The translations under genes were made by a program, and so were the position numbers. From contig JBARQV010000027.1 of NCBI GenBank assembly GCA_049643885.1, positions 3,294-67,293 on the forward strand: 64,000 bases of DNA, read 5' to 3'. The stretch is from Candidatus Omnitrophota bacterium (GTDB taxonomy: Bacteria; Omnitrophota; Gorgyraeia; Tantalellales; Tantalellaceae). The notes below the pieces were generated by a model. The model saw only the letters and a list, made by a program, of their open reading frames with translations, was not told where the DNA came from and did no database searches. This document shows positions 55,101-64,000 of the stretch, one piece after another (positions within the stretch are counted from its first letter, which is position 1; each line of letters begins with the position of its first letter).

Positions 55101-55366
55101 CGTCACCTCCAGCGCCGCAGCCGGGGATAGCAGCGAATGAGGATGAGATTAACAATGCCGTTTACGCGAGCGACAGGATTTTCGGTGATGTAAGGAATTC
55201 GATCCAACGGGAAGAAGTAGCACGCGCTGTCCAGATAACTGGGCGGGAATTGACGGTCATGAGCTGGGAGGCAGTGGATATGATCAATATCCCTCCGGGA
55301 GATATAGGAACCGGAATAGAACGCGCGTTCGCGATAGGGGAAGAAGTTTTCAGAGTGGTGCCATGA
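49121..55366 (+). CDS. TpsA-family exoprotein (2084 aa): TPS domain + GLUG-motif repeats + MBG/YDG-type repeats
   Basis: The N-terminal ~330 aa are paralogous to TpsA-1 (LPEVDEVVSGEAEI...). The middle has GGLVG-containing GLUG repeats (SYATGxV...GGLVG). After that come repeats of the form KPLTITA..KVYDG(T/V)T.A. The ATG at 49121 is preferred over the GTG at 49112. Confidence 0.85.
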   Translation: MKSKAVTTIIFSVCAIFFAGVACVHPLPEVDEVVSGEAEIKITDSQTMNIDAANHTIINYTSFNINENEKVYINLPSRDSDILNRVTGKTPSYILGDLYCNGVCILVNASGIYVGQNANIDAAGLVLSTRDITDSDFISGNYVFKKLSDEQLDMLLLNEGTIKIHDGGFGVLIAGAVENRGTIICPAGKIVLAGGDAIKLDIAGNGLISVAILEETASKILDYEGNPITDQIKNSGRLEANGGTVILKAESVTDIFQCAINLEGFVMANKVEEKDGKICLVADSEVKLNAEMQATQIEISAGKISGAPDRVHAKGDYLKVEAPEINIHSEAITTHIIDTDSGINIKELIEIPESNLIKLIGEDTGEVTYIKTHNITLETPRGDVNTAPGVVIPGNEVKVSARRIGSRDNPVNIDANLTYINRIQGDIIVSDMWGLGSTISIRGPDPHPDSWGAVVYNGGSDLVLEAENVVLSGNEPVHLYGNITFHNLSCTVPGKEIYFEAGKTCTILGDLKMQGADAQHIKLLSSEEGSYWFIDARGGRDLTYTWVEDSYNLAPDEVMMTESTNRGGCFGWDPTATWTGAVDNLWSEPGNWIGLGGGVIPGAGDDVVFDVTSSADSTIDQAFTIASLTIDAAYGGTITQSGNLAVSGDYAQSGGTLSCTDPAAHSFTVGGSFNLTGGAFNRFTGTGTSGDPFLVRDIYDLQAIDLRLYSYYSLNNNVDAAVTQSWNSDGAGGYYGFNPIGSSSTWFSAVFDGRNNTISNLYINRPAETHIGLFARTRGGGQGIRNVGLVGGSVTGGDRTGSLVGYVEYSVIENCYATTDVTGTYRMVGGLVGSASGNGRITGSYAEGTVAGAGSNVGGLVGQAGNNFTIENSYATGAVTNSSYNTGGLVGNVNNCTITGSYATGDVSSTGSGEATGGLVGYFISGTITDCYATGNIISNANLSGGLVGYSQGTISGCYATGEVTGAMNGGGLVGGVYPGGIVENSYAMGDIISTSVNVGGLIGYSWSATVSNCYSAGVPSGTFNVGGLIGSDSGGTYTANYWDTQTSGTTDGVGSVDPDPAGVTGKTTAEMKQQATFSGWDFSNTWIIDEGSSYPLLQWQLYIWDAGGDGTSWTDPLNWNRDSGYPDDADDRVLINTGSATIVTPFGASLTIGYLNLGSGFAGTLQIANALTLDNTGQWQGGMGIAAGTLQQNADIAISGDYAQSGGTFTCTTGDVTIGGTFTQSAGEFNAPAGNLYVKGDFSRTGGTFNHNSGTIIFDGTTGISGSSTNSFNNVTITGALTAPNANMNVAGDWTNSGTFNAGTGTVTFNGTASGKEITNGTGNSFNNVQFTGAGGEWTLQDDMGVTGQFKVTDGVFISGTNAVTLQGASATYLAADVNSANTDWTGGTLIILSDMDQTLPSSETYNNLQLGRDAGTGTTVYDILDTGSTINGTWTIDADARVLLAANATGVNKVYDDTTDAAVTLSDNRMAGWYDNFTTSYFSADFSDQNVGVGKAVSVNGISLSGSDAGKYQLSSTTASTTADITAKPLTITAQPNTKVYDDGVTAAAVPLVSGLEGNDTVTGLSEVYDTQHAGTGKTLSVDTYTVNDGNSGNNYSVSLVSDTTGEVTTRPITVTALTDTKVCDGTTSSAEVPVITVGSLAGDDTADWTQTFDTMKAGTDKVLTPSGTVNDGNGGLNYAVTFITDDTGVILPAAVSYLLFIDQPPAHEAAGAVITPAITVNAYDGYDNLCTNDSSTVIDMAIDNNPGGGILSGDTDKVLVNGVATFNDLSIDQKGVGYTLVTSSGAAQQDTSNSFNIGIAVWDGSESTAWNTPGNWDIGDTPPASYDVQIPVTPNDPVLSGPTTVDNLTINSGAQLSAGSNTLTVNGNWTNNGTFDAGASTVIFSGGGDAVISGSNTFNNLRSPAGAKQSLTFENGETQIIEGTLFLRGIGESDLLILQSGTPGQEWFIENPSDNNDMEFLDVRDSHNLGSLLIAPGSTLTDCIGWATAPPSPPAPQPGIAANEDEINNAVYASDRIFGDVRNSIQREEVARAVQITGRELTVMSWEAVDMINIPPGDIGTGIERAFAIGEEVFRVVP

Positions 55367-57067
55367 TCAATATTTAAGATCGATCGAGACATGCAGCCGG
55401 CCGGGAGCCGTTTGCGTGATAGGCCTGTTGCCGACGGGAAAACCCCATTCTAATCTTACTATGCCGAATTTCATTGCCCTTATCCTTAAGCCCACACCTA
55501 CGCCTGCCAGGCTGTCGTCCGGTCTTTCGGTTTGGCTTTTCCCGCGTTTTTGACCGTAGCCGTAGTCAAAAAACACTACACCGGTTATGTCGTCCTTGAA
55601 CGGCCTGTCATCGAAAGGAAGTTTTATCTCCTCGGGGATGAAGTAGGCAGGGATCAGGATCTCAAAATTCACCTGGAAAGCGTTGTCCGCCAGGAAATCG
55701 CCTGAGGGATAACCCCGCACGGAATTTATGCCTCCAAGGCTGAATTCTTCCTGGGGAGGCAATATCTCTGAGGCGATCTGACCTTTAAATTTTGCAACGG
55801 CTCTCAAATCAAAAACCGGGAGAGATCTGGTATGGTTGATGTTCAGGTTGAAAATGGAAAACGTATTTGACGCCTGCCTTGAGGACAGGGGAGACCTGCT
55901 GCGAGCGCCGAAACCGTTTATCCCCTGTGTAAATTCCGGGTTCATGTACGTGACCGCTCCGGGATATTCATGGATCATGTTACTGCCGAAGGTCAGTATC
56001 CTCAACCTGTCCCTGTTGATCGCCCCCTGGTATATGTCGGTATTCTTGTCCTTGGCTTCGAATCCCGTGTAGATCTCTCCCCTGTAAGAGCCGTTCTGAA
56101 AAACATCCTGGTGGACGAAGAAACTGGTGGTCCGGGCTTCGGATTCAAGACCAAAGGAACCGAACTCCTTCTTGGGAGAAGACTGGCTATAACTGTACCC
56201 GTACATTATTGAAGTCCCGAAGTTCGTTATCGGGACCGAATGATAGCCGTAGATGCCCAGGAAATGTTTTCCGAAAGAGTAACCAAGGAGCAGGATATCG
56301 TCCACGAACAAAAAGTTATTATGTCTTAACCCGACACCCCATCTCGCTATTCCTGACGAAACCGTTCCTTCGTTGTCAAAAGAGCCCGTCGGGTGGATAG
56401 GGAAGCGGGTGTCCACATCGAGAGTGACGTCGGTAGTTCTGGGTTTATCCCCGGCATGAAGAGTCGCCTTTACGGTGCGGTCGGCGTTCTTATTCATAAG
56501 ATACAGGCTTTTGGACATCTTGTCATAACGAAGGATCTGGTTTTGTTTGATCGTCCAGTAGAACTTGACCATATCTTTATCAAAATACTTGTGGTCGTTG
56601 ACGTGCAAAGAGCCCATTTTTGCTTCTACCACTTGCAGTTTGACGACACCGTCCCTGATCTCCTGTGGAGGGACAAAACAGGCAGTGATTATTCCTCTCC
56701 GCAAGTATTCTCGTTCTATTTCATCTGAAAGGATGCTCAAGTCGTTTATGCTGATCTTTTTATTTTCATACTTTTCAATAAGAGACCTGAACTCTTCAGG
56801 AGGGAAGCTCTCGGTGCCTTCCAGGAGTATTTTTTTAGCGAAAAAAGTGACAGCAGGGGCTTCCGGCTTTTTCTCTTCTTCTTCGACTATCTTGGGTTTC
56901 TCAGGAGGGGCTTGCATTTCCTTTTGCGCTTCCTCGCGGAAAGGACGGTCGACTTCTTTGGTGATCTGGCCTATATCCGGCGGTTGAGCAAACGCGGCAG
57001 GCATAAGCCCGGCAAGGAAAGCGACGCAAGGCAATATAACGAAATATGTTACCTTCTTAATATTCAT
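55367..57067 (-). CDS. TpsB transporter (ShlB/FhaC/HecB family Omp85-type outer-membrane protein)
   Basis: Signal peptide. POTRA domain (ILLEGTESFPPEEFRSLIEKYENKKISINDL...LRRGIITACFVP). Conserved L6-loop VRGY motif (GGINSVRGYPSGDF). The C-terminus ends in aromatic residues (SIDLKY). Confidence 0.85.
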   Translation of the reverse strand: MNIKKVTYFVILPCVAFLAGLMPAAFAQPPDIGQITKEVDRPFREEAQKEMQAPPEKPKIVEEEEKKPEAPAVTFFAKKILLEGTESFPPEEFRSLIEKYENKKISINDLSILSDEIEREYLRRGIITACFVPPQEIRDGVVKLQVVEAKMGSLHVNDHKYFDKDMVKFYWTIKQNQILRYDKMSKSLYLMNKNADRTVKATLHAGDKPRTTDVTLDVDTRFPIHPTGSFDNEGTVSSGIARWGVGLRHNNFLFVDDILLLGYSFGKHFLGIYGYHSVPITNFGTSIMYGYSYSQSSPKKEFGSFGLESEARTTSFFVHQDVFQNGSYRGEIYTGFEAKDKNTDIYQGAINRDRLRILTFGSNMIHEYPGAVTYMNPEFTQGINGFGARSRSPLSSRQASNTFSIFNLNINHTRSLPVFDLRAVAKFKGQIASEILPPQEEFSLGGINSVRGYPSGDFLADNAFQVNFEILIPAYFIPEEIKLPFDDRPFKDDITGVVFFDYGYGQKRGKSQTERPDDSLAGVGVGLRIRAMKFGIVRLEWGFPVGNRPITQTAPGRLHVSIDLKY

Positions 57068-57197
57068 GAATGCCCTAAGTTATCTTTACTAAGTTTACAT
57101 TATACAAAACCGTTTTTCAAATAGAAGTTGAATTTTTATTGATAATGAATATAATAAGGGTGGTAAAAAGCATAAACCCACCAACAAAGGAGATGTT

Positions 57198-60443
<3,246 letters not shown>

Positions 60444-60453
60444 AAGGTGTTTG

Positions 60454-61848
60454 ATGTTTGCTGACAAGAAAGAATACTGCGGCGTGTTCGGTATTTTCGG
60501 ACACGAGCAAGCCATAGACTTGACGTATCTCGGTCTTTACTCCCTCCAGCACAGGGGCGAGGAATCCTGCGGCATAGCCGTTTTTGACGGCCGGCGCGTT
60601 CGCCAGATAACGGGCATGGGCCTTGTTTCCGAAGTCCTTAGCAGGGACAAGCTCAAAGGCTTAAAGGGAAAAACGGTCATAGGGCATGTCCGTTATTCCA
60701 CCACAGGTTCGAGTATTTTAAGGAACGCCCAGCCGTTCATGATCCGCCATCACAAATTCTCCGTTTCCATAGCGCATAACGGGAACCTTATCAACGCCAT
60801 TAAGCTCCGCAGAAAATTGGAAGAAAAAGGCGCTATTTTCCAGACTACGATGGATTCGGAGATAGTCCTTCATCTTCTTGTGCGTTCCGACAGGGGATCG
60901 ATCGAAGACAGGCTGGTCGATGCCTTGGGGCAGTGCGAAGGAGCTTATACCATGCTGTTTCTCTCCGAGGATAAGATGATCGGCGTCCGTGATCCTTACG
61001 GTTTTCGGCCATTGTGTCTTGGAAAGAAAGACGGGTCATATGTTCTCGCGAGCGAGACCTGTTCACTCGACCTTTTAGACGCTGAATTCATAAGAGAGGT
61101 CGAGCCAGGGGAGATGGTAATAATCACGGAAAAAGGCATAGAATCGAAAAAGCCGTTTCAAGAGGTGAAAAGGGCCAGTTGTATTTTCGAATTTATATAT
61201 TTCGCCCGGCCTGATAGTCGCATATTCGGACAAAGTGTCTACGAAGTAAGGAAAAGACTGGGAATGCAGCTTGCCAGGGAGTACCCGGCGGAAGCTGATA
61301 TAGTCATGTCTATACCGGATTCCGGCAATTACGCCGCCCTTGGATATTCAGAAGAAAGCGGCATCCCTTTCGAATTCGGCATGATAAGGAACCACTACAT
61401 AGGGAGGACTTTCATCCAGCCTTCCCAGAAAAGGCGCAGGCACGGCGTTAAGATCAAACTGAATCCCATAAAAGACGTCCTGAAGGGCAAAAAAATAGTA
61501 GTAGTGGAAGACTCGATCGTAAGGGGAACTACGACAAGCAGCAGGATAAAAGCCATAAGAGAGACGGGAGTAAAGGAAATACACATGCGGATCAGCTGCC
61601 CGCCGATCGTGTTCCCGTGTTTTTACGGTATCGATTTTCCCAGCCGAAAAGAGCTTATCGCCAACGAGCTTTCAGTGGAAGAGATCGGTAAGTTTATAGG
61701 TGTTGACAGTTTGAAATATTTGAGCCATGATGGTATGCTTAAAGCCGCCGGCTCAGGCGGCAACGGTTTCTGTACCGCTTGTTTCAGCGGCGGTTACCCG
61801 ACAAAGGTCCACAAAACCGCGATCAAAACGCCTTTTGAAAAGAGTTAA
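60454..61848 (+). CDS. purF: amidophosphoribosyltransferase
   Basis: Contains CGVFGIFGH, the Ntn glutaminase domain, a PRTase motif (VVVVEDSIVRGTT) and a C-terminal Cys cluster. The ATG at 60454 is preferred. Confidence 0.9.
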   Translation: MFADKKEYCGVFGIFGHEQAIDLTYLGLYSLQHRGEESCGIAVFDGRRVRQITGMGLVSEVLSRDKLKGLKGKTVIGHVRYSTTGSSILRNAQPFMIRHHKFSVSIAHNGNLINAIKLRRKLEEKGAIFQTTMDSEIVLHLLVRSDRGSIEDRLVDALGQCEGAYTMLFLSEDKMIGVRDPYGFRPLCLGKKDGSYVLASETCSLDLLDAEFIREVEPGEMVIITEKGIESKKPFQEVKRASCIFEFIYFARPDSRIFGQSVYEVRKRLGMQLAREYPAEADIVMSIPDSGNYAALGYSEESGIPFEFGMIRNHYIGRTFIQPSQKRRRHGVKIKLNPIKDVLKGKKIVVVEDSIVRGTTTSSRIKAIRETGVKEIHMRISCPPIVFPCFYGIDFPSRKELIANELSVEEIGKFIGVDSLKYLSHDGMLKAAGSGGNGFCTACFSGGYPTKVHKTAIKTPFEKS

Positions 61849-61859
61849 AGGAGATATAA

Positions 61860-62033
61860 ATGTCTCTTGAATGGTGGGAATATTACGAGATAAACCATAG
61901 AGTGAGGAACTTGAAAGAAGATATCGAGCGGCTGGAAAAAGAGATCAAAAGTCTGCATGCGGAGGTCGAAACACTCAAAGGAACTAAAGCAAAGAGATCC
62001 ATTTGGGGACGTTTAGCAGGCCCTGGGGAATAG
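61860..62033 (+). CDS. small coiled-coil ORF (57 aa), overlapping the annotated 5' end of the downstream gene
   Basis: ATG at 61860 is 11 nt after the purF stop. Contains LKEDIERLEKEIKSLHAEVETLKG. It may instead mean the downstream gene starts later than the track start. Confidence 0.25.
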   Translation: MSLEWWEYYEINHRVRNLKEDIERLEKEIKSLHAEVETLKGTKAKRSIWGRLAGPGE

Positions 62034-63259
62034 GAGAAGGTCAAGTGGATACGAATAAAGCGATAGAAAAGGCGAAAGATCATTTTGCTGAAGTGATCCG
62101 TGAGCAGCTTGAACGTGTCGAACGCATGAAGAAGGGCGAGGAGTGGACCGACTACAGATCACTTAAACCCATAATAATAGGGGTCTGCTGGGGAGACGGG
62201 ATAGGGAAGATAATATCAAAACACGCCTCGCATGTTCTTGAACAGTTCCTTAAGGACGAGGTGTCTGCCGGAAACGTTGAATTCAGGCAGATATCGGGTC
62301 TTACGATAGAGAACCGCGCTAAACACATGAAAGCCATCCCGGATGACGTCCTTAAAGAGATAAAAGGCTGCCATGTCATATTGAAAGGGCCTACGACCAC
62401 TCCCCAGGTAGGTGATGAATGGCCGAATATTGAAAGCGCGAACGTAGCCATGAGAAGAGAGCTGGATCTCTTCGCGAACGTCCGCCCCGTAAAAGTCCCT
62501 TCCGAGGGGATCGACTGGACGTTCTTCAGGGAAAATACCGAAGGTGCCTACATTCTCGGCTCAAAAGGGCTGGACGTGACGGAAGACTTGAGTATAGACT
62601 TTAAAGTGATAACCGAACAGGGCGCGGAAAGAATAATACGCATGGCCTTTGAGTACGCTAAGGACAACGGGCTCAAAAGGGTCACCGCCGTCACAAAAGC
62701 TAACGTGATGAAGGCCACCGACGGGAGGTTTTCCAGAATAGCGAAAAGGATGGCGGAAGAATATAAAAAGTTCGGGATAGAGCAGGATGAATGGTATATA
62801 GATATCATGACCGCTAAACTCATAGATCCCGCAAGGCGCAGGGATTTTCAGGTCATGGTCCTGCCGAATCTTTACGGGGACATACTTACGGATGAGGCCG
62901 CCCAGCTGCAGGGCGGTGTCGGCACGGCAGGGAGCGCTAATATCGGCAAACGCTGGGCTATGTTCGAGGCCATACACGGCAGTGCCCCTCGTATGGTAAA
63001 GGAAGGCCGCGATATATACGCCGATCCGTCGTCCATGATACGCGCCGCCGCGATGCTTTTGAGGCATATAGGCTACCCTGACAGGGCGAAGCGCCTGGAT
63101 ATGGCGCTGGAAGTCTGCGTCCAGTTCGAGAAAAAGCTGGTTATAACAGGCCGCGACACGGGCGCGACAGGCGAAGAATTCACGAATTACCTTCTTAAAT
63201 GGTGTGACAACCCGGATCTCGAAAAGACTTGGAAAAAATATGCAACCAGCGGTGAATGA
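62003..63259 (+). CDS. isocitrate/isopropylmalate dehydrogenase-family protein (start codon uncertain)
   Basis: Contains IIIGVCWGDGIGK and NLYGDILTDEAAQLQGGVGTAGSANIG. The long N-terminal extension in the track ORF suggests the real start may be an internal start codon (e.g. the ATG at 62126) rather than 62003. Confidence 0.75.
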   Translation: MGTFSRPWGIGEGQVDTNKAIEKAKDHFAEVIREQLERVERMKKGEEWTDYRSLKPIIIGVCWGDGIGKIISKHASHVLEQFLKDEVSAGNVEFRQISGLTIENRAKHMKAIPDDVLKEIKGCHVILKGPTTTPQVGDEWPNIESANVAMRRELDLFANVRPVKVPSEGIDWTFFRENTEGAYILGSKGLDVTEDLSIDFKVITEQGAERIIRMAFEYAKDNGLKRVTAVTKANVMKATDGRFSRIAKRMAEEYKKFGIEQDEWYIDIMTAKLIDPARRRDFQVMVLPNLYGDILTDEAAQLQGGVGTAGSANIGKRWAMFEAIHGSAPRMVKEGRDIYADPSSMIRAAAMLLRHIGYPDRAKRLDMALEVCVQFEKKLVITGRDTGATGEEFTNYLLKWCDNPDLEKTWKKYATSGE

Positions 63260-63262
63260 GGG

Positions 63263-63297
63263 ATGACTGTTGGATGTTGGATACTCGGTGTTCGATC
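63263..63297. repeat. heptanucleotide tandem tract (GATGACT GTTGGAT GTTGGAT ACTCGGT GTTCGAT)
   Basis: Five 7-nt units immediately after the stop codon at 63257-63259. Confidence 0.45.
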
Positions 63298-63437
63298 GAA
63301 GAAGGGCAGTAAGTTCCCGTACAGGGAGGATCTACCCTACCGGGCACAGGCACACCGGCCGGAGGGGCCCTGGTAGCGAATATACTGCACTTCTCAATCC
63401 GCAAGAGCATAGCGCAAAATGCAAAGAGCGATAAATC

Positions 63438-64000
63438 ATGGAGAAAAAAGCGCCGGAAGGCATACTGATAATCGATTTTGGCTCCCAATACGTCCAGCTT
63501 ATCGCCAGGCGTATAAGGGAGAATCGCGTCCGGTCACTGGTAGGATCGCCAAAAATAACTCCCGCTAAAGTAAAGAAGATAAATCCCTGCGGTATGATCC
63601 TTTCCGGCGGACCGTCAAGCGTCTACGATAAGCTCTCCCCGGGACTTGACCCGAAGATACTGGAGCTCGGTGTCCCGGTTCTCGGTATATGCTACGGCAT
63701 GCAGCTTCTCGGAAAGATGATGGGAGGGAAGATCGCGAAAAGCGGCAAAAGGGAATACGGGCACACGGTAGTCTATTTCGACAGGAAGAACGGACTTTTC
63801 AAAGGCCTGCCCCAAAAAGGCGTTACCTGGATGAGCCATCGCGACAAGGTGGCTAAGCTTCCGAAAGGTTTTAGATCCATCGCTTCAAGCGGCAATACGA
63901 GGAACGCTTCGTTCGCGGACCCGGCAAGGAAGATATACGGCGTCCAGTTCCATCCGGAAGTCGTCCATACTGAAAACGGCGGAAAGATCCTGAAGAACTT
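63438..64000 (+). CDS. guaA: GMP synthase (glutamine-hydrolysing), N-terminal GATase domain; 3' end lies outside the window
   Basis: Contains ILIIDFGSQYVQLIARRIRE...GICYGMQLL...VQFHPEV. Confidence 0.9.
   Translation, partial: MEKKAPEGILIIDFGSQYVQLIARRIRENRVRSLVGSPKITPAKVKKINPCGMILSGGPSSVYDKLSPGLDPKILELGVPVLGICYGMQLLGKMMGGKIAKSGKREYGHTVVYFDRKNGLFKGLPQKGVTWMSHRDKVAKLPKGFRSIASSGNTRNASFADPARKIYGVQFHPEVVHTENGGKILKN

Noticed and set aside
63260-63437. GC-rich structured-looking leader upstream of guaA (possible purine riboswitch or tRNA)
   Set aside because: No match by eye to the purine-riboswitch core (the U-rich junction and conserved loop-loop motifs are absent). No tRNA cloverleaf or T-loop GTTCRA signature is visible. 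A covariance-model scan would be needed to say more.

Overview
This is a 64-kb window of bacterial chromosome with about 48% GC. Genes are densely packed and almost all on the + strand, and no rRNA, tRNA, CRISPR array or transposase is evident. Intrinsic terminators and sigma70-like promoters are easy to spot in the intergenic regions.

The first ~30 kb carries mixed housekeeping genes: metallophosphoesterase, a Ca2+/Na+ exchanger-like membrane protein, a dGTPase-like HD hydrolase, aroB, panD, def, yqeY, a Thi4 thiazole synthase, nnrE, CNNM/TlyC membrane proteins, a radical-SAM enzyme, the NfnAB ferredoxin:NADP oxidoreductase pair, and an ExeA/GspB-like pair. Embedded in this stretch is a cluster of c-di-GMP signalling parts: three stand-alone PilZ-domain proteins and a GAF + HD-GYP phosphodiesterase. 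An orphan OmpR-family response regulator sits immediately upstream of the secretion locus.

The centrepiece is a ~27-kb two-partner-secretion (TPS) locus at 30.1-57.1 kb. It encodes two giant TpsA exoproteins. TpsA-1 is 4723 aa and has a TPS domain followed by seven [DUF2341 + LamG/concanavalin-like] modules. TpsA-2 is 2084 aa and has a TPS domain followed by GLUG-motif repeats and MBG/YDG-type repeats. Each tpsA gene is preceded by a copy of what looks like a class-I c-di-GMP (GEMM) riboswitch with an intrinsic terminator as expression platform. A single ShlB/FhaC-type TpsB transporter gene is convergent with tpsA-2 and abuts it. Between the two tpsA genes, on the opposite strand, lies a 1.4-kaa secreted protein with a long coiled coil, a papain-like C39-family peptidase-like domain, two arrays of 11-residue amphipathic repeats and a Cys/Gly-rich hydrophobic C-terminal region.

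Downstream of the locus are carB, purF, an isocitrate/isopropylmalate-dehydrogenase-family gene and the 5' end of guaA.

Several non-coding oddities deserve follow-up: a hairpin-rich ~85-95-nt element with terminal inverted repeats present twice; a 475-nt nested-palindrome intergenic region; recurrent degenerate heptanucleotide tandem tracts at gene boundaries; and palindromic operator-like sites.
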